Source of the DNA: Candidatus Caldarchaeales archaeon
Lineage (GTDB): Archaea > Thermoproteota > Nitrososphaeria_A > Caldarchaeales > Calditenuaceae
Assembly: GCA_039630085.1 (NCBI GenBank)
Contig: JBCNVM010000001.1
Location: 98,706 to 122,705, forward strand
Length of the DNA: 24,000 bases
Reading direction: 5' to 3'
Position numbers and translations under genes: made by a program. Positions 1 to 8,493 of the stretch are shown piece after piece (the stretch's first letter is position 1; every line of letters starts with the position of its first letter). The notes under the pieces were generated by a model that ran no database searches, had not been told where the DNA came from, and worked only from the letters and a program-made list of their open reading frames with translations.

Positions 1-1
1 C

Positions 2-364
2 AGGAAGCTGGGAGGGCTGATGGGAGCGATGCCCTTCACCGCGGTCGCCTTCCTCGTCGGAGGCCTATCGATCGCCGGCACTCCTCCCCTTGCGGGCTTC
101 TTCAGCGAGCTGGTGATCTTCCTCGGAGGTTTCAGGGCCGGTCTCTGGACGCTGACCTTCGTCGCGATCCTCGCGACCGCGATCACCCTCGGGTACTACA
201 CCAGGACCTTCATGTACGTCTTCCAAGTCGGTGAGCACAGGCACGCCCACGACGCTCCGCTCAGCATGGCCGCGCCGATGGCGGTCCTCCTCGCGCTGAT
301 AGCGTCGTTCGGGCTCTACCTGCCCCAGGTCCAGTCCCTGATCCTGTACTGGCTGGGAGCGTAA
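2..364 (+). CDS. C-terminal fragment of a proton-translocating membrane subunit (NuoN/NuoM/MnhD antiporter-like family); 5' end lies outside the window
   Basis: The frame is open from the window edge. The sequence is rich in transmembrane segments and carries 'GGLSIAGTPPLAGFFSE', typical of NuoL/M/N and Mrp-D subunits. Confidence 0.6.
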   Translation, partial: RKLGGLMGAMPFTAVAFLVGGLSIAGTPPLAGFFSELVIFLGGFRAGLWTLTFVAILATAITLGYYTRTFMYVFQVGEHRHAHDAPLSMAAPMAVLLALIASFGLYLPQVQSLILYWLGA

Positions 365-387
365 AGAAGAAGCCTAGGTTCGGGGCC

Positions 388-1284
388 CTACAGCGCCTTC
401 ACTCCGTTGCGCGGGTCCCTCTTCACCCTGTTGAACTCCTCGAGGATCCTCCTGAAGATCGGGCCCGGGCGACCGTCGTTGATCGGGAGCTTGTTCACGA
501 ACCCTATCGGGACCAGCTCCGTTCCGGTGCCTGTGACGAAGGCCTCGTCGGCGATCATCAGCTCGACCGGCGTGAGGTCCCGCTCGATCACCTGTATCCC
601 GAGCCTGCTGGCGATCTCCATCACTACGGCCCTCGTTATCCCCGGGAGGATGCCCGCGGTGACGGGCGGCGTGAAGAGCTTCCCGTCCCTCACGATGAAG
701 AGGTTCGCGCCCGTGGCCTCGGAGAGGAAGCCGCGGCTGTCGAGCATTATCGCGTCGTCGGCGCCGGCCTCAATCGCTTCGATCTTCGCGAGTATCGAGT
801 TGAGGTAGTTGAGGGACTTGACCTCGTGGCTCGTGGCGTAGACCGGGTCCCTCCTCGTTGAGCTGATAATCACGGACACCCCGAACTCCCTCTCCCCCTT
901 CCCGAGTATCGGCTCCAGGTGCTCGACGATGATGATCACGCTCGGCCTCCCGCACTTCCTTGGGTCCAGGCCTAGGTCGCCGACGCCCCTCGTGACCACG
1001 AGCCTGATGTACGCGTCCCTGAAGCCGTTGGCCCTGACGGTCCTCACGACCTCGCCGATCATCGTCTCCTTGTCCATCGGTATCTTGATCCTGAGGACCT
1101 TCGCGGAGTTGTAGAGCCTGTCGATGTGCTCCCTTAGCTTGAAGACCACGCCGTCGTAGACCCTGATCCCCTCGAAGACGCCGTCGCCGTAGAGGAGGCC
1201 GTGGTCGAAGACCGAGATCTTCGCCTGGGACTTGGGATAGAACTCGCCGTCGATGTAGACGAGCGGCTCGCGCTGCTCGCTCAT
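388..1284 (-). CDS. ilvE: Branched-chain amino acid aminotransferase (class IV PLP fold)
   Basis: 298 aa with an ATG start. Family-typical motifs are 'GDGVFEGIRVY', 'FKLREHIDRLYNSAK' and 'ILPGITR'. A TATA-like ACATATTG sits about 26 nt upstream. Confidence 0.85.
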   Translation of the reverse strand: MSEQREPLVYIDGEFYPKSQAKISVFDHGLLYGDGVFEGIRVYDGVVFKLREHIDRLYNSAKVLRIKIPMDKETMIGEVVRTVRANGFRDAYIRLVVTRGVGDLGLDPRKCGRPSVIIIVEHLEPILGKGEREFGVSVIISSTRRDPVYATSHEVKSLNYLNSILAKIEAIEAGADDAIMLDSRGFLSEATGANLFIVRDGKLFTPPVTAGILPGITRAVVMEIASRLGIQVIERDLTPVELMIADEAFVTGTGTELVPIGFVNKLPINDGRPGPIFRRILEEFNRVKRDPRNGVKAL

Positions 1285-1316
1285 CGCCCTGAGATCGTCG
1301 GGGACTCAATATGTCT

Positions 1317-1913
1317 TTACGCGTCCCCTCGACGGACCAGCGGGATCAGCCCGAAGCCCGTGCGGCCCTCCCCGAGGACCCGCCTGACCGCACCGGCTAT
1401 AGCGCCGACGTCGAGGCCCCTGTACTCGCGGACCCCCGATGCCTCCATCCTCCCCAGGGCCCTCCCGAGGAGCCTGAAGTAGCCCTCCACGTCGCCGGTC
1501 TGAAGCTTGACGTGTGCCGCCGCGAGCAGGATCAACCCGTTGAGCAGGGCCCTCTCCGGGCCTTCGGAACTCCTCCAGAGCGGCTCGAGGGCCTCGTGGG
1601 CCTCCCAGTACCTCCTGTTGGCGTAGAGCGTGACCGCCCTCTCGAATGGGTCCGCGCCGGGCTCCTCGACTCCCACCTCGACGCGGTACTGGACCTCGCC
1701 GAGCGTCCTCAGCCTCCCGAGGGCCTCTGCTATCGCCTCCGTCCGCAGATCGACCTCGACCCGCGCGTCGGAGATTCTGACCTCGATGACCTGAGCATCT
1801 GTCCCGCTCAGGAGCGACCTGACCCTAGAGAAGAGATCTCGGTGGTCCGAGGGCTCTGCTCCCGGAACCGAGAGGCCTACCAAGTAGCGCCTGGGACTCG
1901 GGGCCCTGATCAT
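1317..1913 (-). CDS. DUF309-domain protein with an uncharacterised N-terminal domain of about 90 aa
   Basis: The C-terminal half carries 'YWEAHEALEPLWR', typical of DUF309. Its start overlaps the L15e stop in ATGA, which implies co-transcription. Confidence 0.55.
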   Translation of the reverse strand: MIRAPSPRRYLVGLSVPGAEPSDHRDLFSRVRSLLSGTDAQVIEVRISDARVEVDLRTEAIAEALGRLRTLGEVQYRVEVGVEEPGADPFERAVTLYANRRYWEAHEALEPLWRSSEGPERALLNGLILLAAAHVKLQTGDVEGYFRLLGRALGRMEASGVREYRGLDVGAIAGAVRRVLGEGRTGFGLIPLVRRGDA

Positions 1914-2440
1914 TCGAAGGGCTGGAGCACCTGGCCGACCGGCTTAACGCCCCTCCTCCCGAGCCTCTTCACGACCCTCCTCCTGAGCGGGTCCGGGATC
2001 CTCAGCTGGCGGTCGTTGTAGACGGCGGGGTGGTAGGGGTCGACCGCGATCACCTCGAACCAGTGGTAGAGGCTGTCCGACGCGAGGGGGTAGCCTCCGA
2101 GGATGTGGATGTTCGGGTACCTCCTCTTCACCCTCGAGATCGCCTCCTCGAGCGCCGTGACGTTCACCTTGTGCTTCACGACGCCCAGCGCCTTCGGCCT
2201 CCTCCCGGAGTTCGGCCTGGGCCTCGCGAACCCTCCCCTCCTCACCCTGACCCTCAGGACGACGAATCCCTGCTTCGCCCTGTACCCGATCTGCCTCGCC
2301 CTGTCGAGCCTGAGCGGCTTCTCGACCCTCACGACGGACGCCTCCCTCCTCCACCTGATCCTCCTCTCCCTGAGGAGCCTCACCAGCTCCTCCGGCCTCT
2401 CCCTCCAGAGCTCGTTCAGCCTCGCGTAGGCGCCGGGCAT
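1910..2440 (-). CDS. rpl15e: 50S ribosomal protein L15e
   Basis: 'WRREASVVRVEKPLRLDRARQIGYRAKQGFVVLRVRVRRGG' is the L15e core. The track ORF extends to 2473. However, a TTTTTAGA box lies inside that extension, and MPGAYARLNELW aligns with the usual L15e N-terminus, so I place the start at 2440. Confidence 0.85.
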   Translation of the reverse strand: MPGAYARLNELWRERPEELVRLLRERRIRWRREASVVRVEKPLRLDRARQIGYRAKQGFVVLRVRVRRGGFARPRPNSGRRPKALGVVKHKVNVTALEEAISRVKRRYPNIHILGGYPLASDSLYHWFEVIAVDPYHPAVYNDRQLRIPDPLRRRVVKRLGRRGVKPVGQVLQPFE

Positions 2441-2491
2441 CGGCGTCATTCCACGTCGGCTTCTAAAAAGCATAGCGACGCGAAGGCCGTT

Positions 2492-3454
2492 CTAACGTTG
2501 CGGGATCAGGACCCTACCGATCGACCTGATCGCCTCCTCCGGGTCCCGGCCGAGTGGGTAACCGAGGCAGACCAGCGTGACCCCCGACTTGGACATCTCG
2601 TGCAGCTGCTCCCCGAGCTCCTCGACGGTCCCGAAGAACGCGAACCTCCTCGCGACCTCCTCGGCCCTCTCCGAAGGCCTCAGTAGCGCCTCCTCCACGT
2701 GGCCGACGTCGAGCCCTGCTTGTCTGAGCATCGGCGAGTTCCCGACTAGGCGGACCAAGTACTGCCTCAGGACCGGGACGAGGGCCTCGAGCGCCTCTCT
2801 TCTGTCATCCGAGACGTAACAGAACGGTCTCGCGACCAGCTCGAAGCCCTTTGGGTCCAGAGAGGCCGAGGCCTTAGCCTCCCTTGCGGTGGAGGCCATC
2901 ACCCTCGCGTACTCCGGGTCCCAGAGGTTGTCGACCACGACGCCCGAGACGAAGGGCAGTGAGGCGGCGATTGCGCAGAGCCTAGTGCCGGAGGTCCCGA
3001 CGTAGAGCTTGGGCATCTTCCCGACGGCCCAGCTTAGCATGGGAGGGCTCCCGTCGGCGGCCAAGAGAATGTGAACGGCCTTCAGGTATGCGACGAACTC
3101 GCTGACGCTCGGCCTCCTCCTCCCGACGAGCTCCCCGAAGGCTCCCCTCGAGACGCCGAGCACCGCCCTGCTTCCCGCGACCTCGCTCAGCGCAGCCGCG
3201 AACCTCGCCAGGACAACCGGCTCGTAGGCGAACGCCGGCACGGTCACCGGACCCACGCGGACCACCGAGGTCTCCCTCGCGACGAGGAACGCGGATGCCC
3301 AGGCCGGTCTGTGGGGCAGGTGCTCGTAGAGGTGGACCGAGTCGAACCCGAGCCTCTCGGCGAGCGAGGCGAGCCTCACCAGCTCTGCGTTCGGCCTGTC
3401 GCCCTCGAGGACTATTCCCAGGGAAGGCAGCCCCGAGGTCGCTCTCGCGGTCAA
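2492..3454 (-). CDS. Luciferase-like (LLM class) flavin/F420-dependent oxidoreductase
   Basis: 320 aa TIM-barrel-like sequence with LLM-style N-terminal ('LGFDSVHLYEH') and C-terminal regions. The apparent start is TTG. Confidence 0.6.
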   Translation of the reverse strand: MTARATSGLPSLGIVLEGDRPNAELVRLASLAERLGFDSVHLYEHLPHRPAWASAFLVARETSVVRVGPVTVPAFAYEPVVLARFAAALSEVAGSRAVLGVSRGAFGELVGRRRPSVSEFVAYLKAVHILLAADGSPPMLSWAVGKMPKLYVGTSGTRLCAIAASLPFVSGVVVDNLWDPEYARVMASTAREAKASASLDPKGFELVARPFCYVSDDRREALEALVPVLRQYLVRLVGNSPMLRQAGLDVGHVEEALLRPSERAEEVARRFAFFGTVEELGEQLHEMSKSGVTLVCLGYPLGRDPEEAIRSIGRVLIPQR

Positions 3455-3485
3455 CCTCGTTCGGGTTCACGCGGCCTCGATGGGG

Positions 3486-3494
3486 TTATTAAAT
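3486..3494. promoter_or_regulatory. AT-rich TATA-like box (TTATTAAAT) between divergent genes
   Basis: It is centred about 26 nt upstream of the S3Ae ATG (3517) and about 36 nt from the TTG of the LLM gene (3454). It is the only AT-rich element in the 62-nt gap. Confidence 0.45.
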
Positions 3495-3516
3495 CCGGCA
3501 CGGAGGTGGCGCGAGG

Positions 3517-4131
3517 ATGCCTGAAGGGAAGGCGAAGGAGGAGTACGTGATCAGGGCTCCGAGGTACTTCGGAGAGCGGGAGCTGGGCTACACCTACGCC
3601 GACGACCCCGCGAAGCTCATCGGGAGGACGGTCTCCGTCAGCCTCTACACGCTCACCGACGACATCACGAAGCAGTACATGCTGGTGAAGTTCAGGGTCG
3701 TCAGGATCAACGGGAGGTACGCCGAGACCGTCTTCTACGGCCACGAGTACGGCAGGGAGTACCTCAGGAGCCTGATCAGGAGGGGGACGACGATGGTCGA
3801 GGGGATCTCCGACGTCACAACGCGGGACGGGTTCGGAATGAGGGTCTACGGGGTCGTGTTCACCAACAGGCGGATAAGGCACGGGAAGGTCGTGGACATC
3901 AGAAGGACGATGCGGTCGGTCTTCGAGGACGCGGCCTCGAGGCTCAACCACGACCAGTTCGCGATCGAGATGGTCCTAGGGAAAATGGGCTCGGACGTCT
4001 TCAACCAGGTCAAGAGGATCCTGATTCCGAGGCACGTCGGGGTCTACAAGTCTAAGGTGGTCGCGCTCCCGGACTGGGTCTCCACATCCCCCGAGCCGCC
4101 GGCGAAGGCCGCGGAGGCCGTAGGGACCTAG
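3517..4131 (+). CDS. rps3ae: 30S ribosomal protein S3Ae (eS1)
   Basis: 'LIGRTVSVSL', 'KFRVVRING..AETVFYGHEY..EYLRSLIRRG' match the S3Ae family pattern. 204 aa. Confidence 0.9.
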   Translation: MPEGKAKEEYVIRAPRYFGERELGYTYADDPAKLIGRTVSVSLYTLTDDITKQYMLVKFRVVRINGRYAETVFYGHEYGREYLRSLIRRGTTMVEGISDVTTRDGFGMRVYGVVFTNRRIRHGKVVDIRRTMRSVFEDAASRLNHDQFAIEMVLGKMGSDVFNQVKRILIPRHVGVYKSKVVALPDWVSTSPEPPAKAAEAVGT

Positions 4132-4439
4132 ACGCCGGACCCGAACCTCCTGAGGTAGTAGCCCTCCTCCCGCTTCTCGATCAGTCCACGGACTCCTTCG
4201 CTTCGGATCCTCGACTTGAGCTCCTCGGCCTCCCTCTCGGTCAGCTCTCCCCTCCCGAGGAGGTAGTCGACCACGCTGATCGCCTCCTCGTCGCTGGAGC
4301 ACCTCGAGAGGTAGTCGATGGGGCCAGGCATGAAGCCCCTGAGCGCGTCGACCCTCGTCCTCAGCTGCGGCCTCGACCTGAGCTCCTCGGAGAGGTGCGG
4401 GAAGGCCTTCTCGAAGTCCTCGAGGTCCCACTCGCTCAC
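4128..4439 (-). CDS. Small conserved archaeal hypothetical protein (possibly DUF2095-like)
   Basis: Only the C-terminal part of track ORF 4128..4856 looks like coding sequence. A GTG at 4439 lies about 25 nt downstream of TAATAT. The upstream part of the ORF is antisense to the THUMP gene and is Ser/Thr/Leu-rich. Confidence 0.45.
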   Translation of the reverse strand: MSEWDLEDFEKAFPHLSEELRSRPQLRTRVDALRGFMPGPIDYLSRCSSDEEAISVVDYLLGRGELTEREAEELKSRIRSEGVRGLIEKREEGYYLRRFGSGV

Positions 4440-4551
4440 GCCCTCATCTCCCTCCCCGGATATTAGAGGGTTCAGCGGACTTCCGGCTGACGGTTCGCGC
4501 AGTATTAATCGGGTCGGCTGGCCTCGTCGGCCCGGAAGGCGCTTGAGGGCG

Positions 4552-5694
4552 ATGGCGACGACGTTCACCGGGCTGGAGGACGTTGCCGCGTCCGAGGTCG
4601 AGTCGCTGCTGGGGAGGAGGGCCGAGCAGGACGTCTCGAAGGTGGTCGTCGAGTGCGACCGGAGGGAGCTGGTGAGGCTCGTCCTCGCCTCCCGGGGGAT
4701 CAACAAGGTCTTCCTGGAGCTCGTCGGAGCGAGCGTCTCCGGGCTGAGGGGGATCAGCGAGGTCGTGAAGTCCGTCGACCTGAGGGAGGTCATCTCGCCT
4801 GACCAGAGCTTCGCGGTCAGGGCGGAGAGGGTCGGGACGCACGGCTTCACGAGCATGGACGTGGCCGCGGAGGTCGGGGCAGCCGTAATCCGGTCCTACC
4901 TTGAGGCGACCGGCGCGAGGCTGAGGGTGGACCTGAACGATCCCGACGTCGAGCTCTACGCGCTCCTCAGGGACGACCGGTTCACGCTCGGGGTCAACTT
5001 GGTCGGGAGGTCGCTTCAGAGGAGGTTCTACAGGGCCTCCGGCCACAGGACCGCGCTTCCCGCCACCCTCGCGTACCTCATGGTGAGGTTCTCCGGGTGG
5101 ACACCCGAGAGGGCCCTGATCGACCCCTTCTGCGGAACTGGGACCATACCGATCGAGGCCGCGCTGGCCGGGCTCGACGTCTGCCCCACCGTCTACAGAG
5201 ACCCGAGGGACCTCGCGCTGACGAGGCTCAGGCTCCTCGACGGGGAGCTGGTGGAGTCGGTGAGGTCGGAGCTCATCGGGTCCGAGCGGAGGGAGAGGGA
5301 GCTCAAGGTGGTCGGGACGGACGTCTCGACCAAGGCCCTCGAGGCGGCGAGGAGGAACGTGGAGGCGGCCGGCCTCCCGGGGAAGGTGCTGCTGGAGAGG
5401 TTGGACGCCCAGAGGTTCGACTCCTGGCCGAGGCTAAGGGAGCTGGGGACCGACGCGCTGGTCGTGACCGACCCTCCCTTCGGTATCAGGAGCGGGCCCT
5501 CTGATCCCTATCAGTTCTACGTCAGGTCCTTCTCCTCGATCAGGAGGGGGCTGCGCGGCGGGACGCTGGTGGCCGTCTTCAGCAAGCACGCGGTCGCGAC
5601 GAGGGCCCTGACGGAGGCCGGGTGGAGCGTCACGGGGACGAGGAGGGTGAAGTACGGCCACTTGGAAGTCCTGCTGGTCAGGGCCGAGGCCTAG
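4552..5694 (+). CDS. THUMP-domain tRNA (guanine-N2) methyltransferase, Trm14/RlmL-like
   Basis: The N-terminus 'TGLEDVAASEV' is followed by a THUMP region. The SAM motif I is 'DPFCGTGTIPIEAA' and motif IV is 'DPPFG'. ATG at 4552; the track ORF starts earlier at 4318. Confidence 0.75.
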   Translation: MATTFTGLEDVAASEVESLLGRRAEQDVSKVVVECDRRELVRLVLASRGINKVFLELVGASVSGLRGISEVVKSVDLREVISPDQSFAVRAERVGTHGFTSMDVAAEVGAAVIRSYLEATGARLRVDLNDPDVELYALLRDDRFTLGVNLVGRSLQRRFYRASGHRTALPATLAYLMVRFSGWTPERALIDPFCGTGTIPIEAALAGLDVCPTVYRDPRDLALTRLRLLDGELVESVRSELIGSERRERELKVVGTDVSTKALEAARRNVEAAGLPGKVLLERLDAQRFDSWPRLRELGTDALVVTDPPFGIRSGPSDPYQFYVRSFSSIRRGLRGGTLVAVFSKHAVATRALTEAGWSVTGTRRVKYGHLEVLLVRAEA

Positions 5695-5695
5695 C

Positions 5696-6457
5696 TCAGT
5701 CCATCCTCGGGGCTATCAGGTAGTCGACTCTGCCCCCAGTGAGCGGGAAGCTCAGCTTGACGGGCCTGTTGTTGCTGAGGTGAACGGTCATCTCGTCGGA
5801 GAGCTGCTTCGCCGGCCTCACGATCTTCTCCAAGTACGCGATGCTGAAGGAGGCCGAGACGTCAGACCTCGCGTCCACCTCGTAGAGCGCGGCGCCTCCC
5901 TTCACGAACTTGTGCTGGGAGGACTTAGCCTCTCCCTTGGCTAGGATGATCAGGGCGTCGGGCCTGATGGTGATCCTCACCGCGTCCGAGATGGCCTTCG
6001 CGTCCTCGATCGCCTCGTAGAACTCGTCCGAGGAGACCCTCGCCCACGCCTCGAAGCTGAGTTTCGGGGGATTGATGGTCCCTCCCATGGGCTCGAGGGT
6101 GTTGACCACGAAGTCCCTCTCCTTCCCTCCCCTGACGTCGACCAGCGAGAGGGTCAGCCTCCTGACTTCGTCGTCGTAGGAGAGGACGAGGGCCTCGTTC
6201 TTCCTGGCCCTCCTAAGAAGCTTCACGAGGTCCTCAAAGTTCAGCGTGATCTCGACCTCCTTCGTGACCCTGTACTCCTCGGCGGCCTCCCTCCTCAGCT
6301 CCATGTCCACCAAGGAGATGTGGGCCGGATCCATCGCTGTAAGCCTCACCGACTCCGGCGAGACCTTGAAGGTCCCCTCCCCAATCACGGCGGTGATCGC
6401 CCTGAGCACGTCGGTCACGTAGTCGGCGTTCGGGAACCTCAGGTGGGCTACCTCCAT
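5696..6457 (-). CDS. pcn: DNA polymerase sliding clamp (PCNA)
   Basis: 253 aa with two similar halves and a C-terminal 'DYLIAPRMD', typical of archaeal PCNA. Confidence 0.9.
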   Translation of the reverse strand: MEVAHLRFPNADYVTDVLRAITAVIGEGTFKVSPESVRLTAMDPAHISLVDMELRREAAEEYRVTKEVEITLNFEDLVKLLRRARKNEALVLSYDDEVRRLTLSLVDVRGGKERDFVVNTLEPMGGTINPPKLSFEAWARVSSDEFYEAIEDAKAISDAVRITIRPDALIILAKGEAKSSQHKFVKGGAALYEVDARSDVSASFSIAYLEKIVRPAKQLSDEMTVHLSNNRPVKLSFPLTGGRVDYLIAPRMD

Positions 6458-6547
6458 CCCGCCCCCGTCTAGGACCCAGTCCGTAAAGAGGTTATCAAGG
6501 CTAGCGGCCCTCCGGGGTAAGGGCTTCCCGAGCCGGTGTCCCGAGTA

Positions 6548-7027
6548 CTACGCGACGATGAAGTCCGGTATGGAGGAGATCTCGAGGAGCGCGTCGCAGT
6601 AGTAGCACTGGACGTAACCCTGCTCCTTCAGCACCCTGAACCTCCTCACGACCGGCTCCCTCTTGGCGTTCGAGATGCAGGTGACTTCGGGGCACCGGAC
6701 CTTCCCCACCAGTTCCTCGGGGAGGTTCGGGACGTACTTCTGGACCTTCCAGTCACTGATGAAGTTGATGGTCGCGGTGGGGAAGAGCAGCTTGATCAGC
6801 GCCGCGTCCGGCTCCCTGATGTAGTAGTGGTAGAGCTTTACCACGTCCTTCCTTCCGTACTTCCTGCTCGGGACGCTCTTCAGGACGATCACCGAGACGT
6901 CGGGGTCCTTTGTCAGCGACTCGGCCTCGATCAGCTTCAGGACCTGGTCGGCCCTCCAGCTCGGGATGTGGTCGATGACCGTCCCCCAGTCGATCTTCCT
7001 GACCAGGAGCTGCTCCTCTCCGCTCAT
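6548..7027 (-). CDS. pyrI: Aspartate carbamoyltransferase regulatory chain
   Basis: 159 aa with 'GTVIDHI' and a C-terminal zinc site formed by Cys pairs ('CPEVTC', 'CYYC'). It overlaps the pyrB stop by 4 nt. Confidence 0.9.
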   Translation of the reverse strand: MSGEEQLLVRKIDWGTVIDHIPSWRADQVLKLIEAESLTKDPDVSVIVLKSVPSRKYGRKDVVKLYHYYIREPDAALIKLLFPTATINFISDWKVQKYVPNLPEELVGKVRCPEVTCISNAKREPVVRRFRVLKEQGYVQCYYCDALLEISSIPDFIVA

Positions 7028-7998
7028 CCCGCATCACCCAGGACCAGCGCGTAGAGCGCCATCCTGACCGGCAGACCGTAGCTCGCCTGGTCGAAGTACC
7101 AGGCGTGTGGGGTCCTGTCGATCTCGGCGTCGAGCTCGTCGACCCTCGGGAGCGGGTGCATCACGCCCAGCGTCGGCCTCGCGTGCCTCAACATCTCCAC
7201 GTCGACCCTGTAGCTCCCCCTCAGCCTCTCGTATTCCGACGGGTCCGGGAACCTCTCCTTCTGGAGCCTGGTAACGTAGAGGACGTCGAGCCTCGAGATC
7301 GCGTCCTGGATCTCCTGCTGCCTCGTCACCTTCGAGTAGCTCACGCCCCTATCCCTGAGGAACAGCTCGACCTCCTGCCTCACTTGGAGCGCAGGCGGAG
7401 CAATGAAGGTCAGCTCGACGCCGTCGAAGTTCGAGATCAGGTAGGCCAGAGAAGGGACAGTCCTCGAGAACTTCAGGTCCCCCAGCATGCCGAGCGAAGT
7501 CCCGTCGACCTTGCCCCTCTTCCTCAGGATCGTGTAGACGTCCAGGAGCGCCTGGGTCGGATGTTCCTGGCTCCCGGACCCAGCGTTGATCACCGGCGCG
7601 GACATCACGTCGGCAGCGAACCTCGCAGCTCCCCTCGCGGGGTGGCGCATCACGACGCAGTCGACCCCGTACCCCTCGAGCATCTTGAGGGTGTCGTAGA
7701 GGGTCTCGCCCTTGCTGAGCGAGGTCATCTCGGGCTCGTTCAGCGGCAGGACGTCCCCTCCAAGCCTCCTCGCGGCGATGTAGAAGCTCGAGAAGGTCCT
7801 GGTCGAGGGCTCCACGAAGAGCAGCGCGACCCTCTTCCCCTTCAGGACGCTCGAGAACCGGCCTGGATCAGCCTCCACCTCCCTCGCGACGTCGAAGATC
7901 CGCTCCGCTTCCTCCCTCGTCAGGTCCTTCGCGCTGACGATGTCCCTCCCCCTTAGCTCACCCCTCAGGAGAGCTCCGGCGCCGCGCTCTCCGGACAC
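7024..7998 (-). CDS. pyrB: Aspartate carbamoyltransferase catalytic chain
   Basis: 'EPSTRTFSSF', 'HPTQALLD' and 'HPLPRVDEL' are ATCase signatures. The start is GTG, about 33 nt downstream of the TTTTAA box. Confidence 0.9.
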   Translation of the reverse strand: MSGERGAGALLRGELRGRDIVSAKDLTREEAERIFDVAREVEADPGRFSSVLKGKRVALLFVEPSTRTFSSFYIAARRLGGDVLPLNEPEMTSLSKGETLYDTLKMLEGYGVDCVVMRHPARGAARFAADVMSAPVINAGSGSQEHPTQALLDVYTILRKRGKVDGTSLGMLGDLKFSRTVPSLAYLISNFDGVELTFIAPPALQVRQEVELFLRDRGVSYSKVTRQQEIQDAISRLDVLYVTRLQKERFPDPSEYERLRGSYRVDVEMLRHARPTLGVMHPLPRVDELDAEIDRTPHAWYFDQASYGLPVRMALYALVLGDAG

Positions 7999-8028
7999 GA
8001 GAACCCGCCTTTGCCAACGAGGAGCCTC

Positions 8029-8037
8029 GTTAAAAGC
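8029..8037. promoter_or_regulatory. TATA-like box (GTTAAAAGC) that could serve pyrB (-) and the non-coding region (+)
   Basis: It is the only AT-rich element between 7999 and 8060. The predicted TSS is near 8006 on the minus strand and near 8058 on the plus strand. Confidence 0.4.
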
Positions 8038-8047
8038 GTTGACCGTG

Positions 8048-8289
8048 CCGGACGGAAGTGGAGGGCTTGTGTATCTCTCACGTCCGACTTAGCTCAGTCG
8101 GGCGCCCGCTATCCGCCGAGCGCGCCGAACCGCGGAGAACCCCGCGGACCTTCTTGAGCTGCGGAACACCGAACGGCCCCGAAGAGGCCGAAGGCCATAG
8201 AGCGACGTCGACGGAGCGGAGGCTGAGATGTCTGGGCGTCGTGAGGGGACTAAGGGCGAAGAGGTTTTTGAGTGGGCTCTCACGGCCGG
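8048..8289 (+). ncRNA. Candidate structured ncRNA of unknown family (strand tentative)
   Basis: A roughly 300-nt gap with no plausible CDS in a compact genome. Long-range helices are 8074-8082/8240-8248 (9 bp) and 8102-8108/8233-8239 (7 bp). Hairpins are 8084-8101, 8130-8147 and 8173-8190. The termini also pair: 8058-8066 with 8276-8283. Confidence 0.35.
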
Positions 8290-8295
8290 ATTCCG

Positions 8296-8463
8296 ATGGG
8301 GCTGCTGAAGGTCGGGCTGATCCTCTTCTTCGCGATCGCGGGCCTCGGGACCGGGCTGATCGTCGGAGGCTACCTCACTAGCAACCCGGCGATGATGAGC
8401 TGGGGTCTAGTCCTGGCCTTCGTCAGCGTGGTCCCCCTGTTGGGCTCAGCGCTCTCTAAGTGA
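8296..8463 (+). CDS. Small membrane protein with two predicted TM helices (55 aa)
   Basis: Third-position GC is high throughout. There are two hydrophobic segments ('GLILFFAIAGLGTGLIVGG', 'WGLVLAFVSVVPLLG'). I prefer the ATG at 8296 over the track's GTG at 8272, which overlaps the RNA-like helix. Confidence 0.4.
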   Translation: MGLLKVGLILFFAIAGLGTGLIVGGYLTSNPAMMSWGLVLAFVSVVPLLGSALSK

Positions 8464-8493
8464 CGCCTCACTTCTGCCAGAACGGGAGCACGG

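Noticed and set aside
4440-4856. Upstream two-thirds of track ORF 4128..4856 (-)
   Set aside because: It overlaps the THUMP methyltransferase gene on the opposite strand, and its Ser/Thr/Leu-rich composition is non-protein-like. Only the 3' 312 nt, starting at the GTG at 4439, looks like genuine coding sequence.
8112-8168. H/ACA-like hairpin: lower stem UCCGC/GCGGA, 13/13-nt internal loop, upper stem CCGCGG/CCGCGG, then ACA at 8166-8168
   Set aside because: The architecture resembles a pseudouridylation guide. Against that, the lower stem is only 5 bp, the pocket is oversized, the distance from the ACA to the upper stem (18 nt) exceeds the usual 14-16 nt, and no K-turn or K-loop is evident.
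8048-8289. Calling the structured region RNase P RNA or SRP RNA
   Set aside because: The length and paired termini are suggestive. However, I cannot find CR-I/CR-V (GGAAAGUCC, ACAGAA..GGCUUA) or the SRP helix-8 GGAA-tetraloop motif on either strand. It remains unclassified.
8058-8381. 107-aa (+) and 64-aa (-, 8089..8283) ORFs inside the pyrB-upstream gap
   Set aside because: They give Arg/Ser/Pro-rich translations with no coding periodicity or motifs. The region is better explained as structured RNA.
8392-8455. C-box-like AUGAUGA (8392-8398) as a possible C/D box sRNA
   Set aside because: No D box (CUGA) lies at the expected 50-60 nt spacing, and the motif sits inside a well-behaved small coding ORF.
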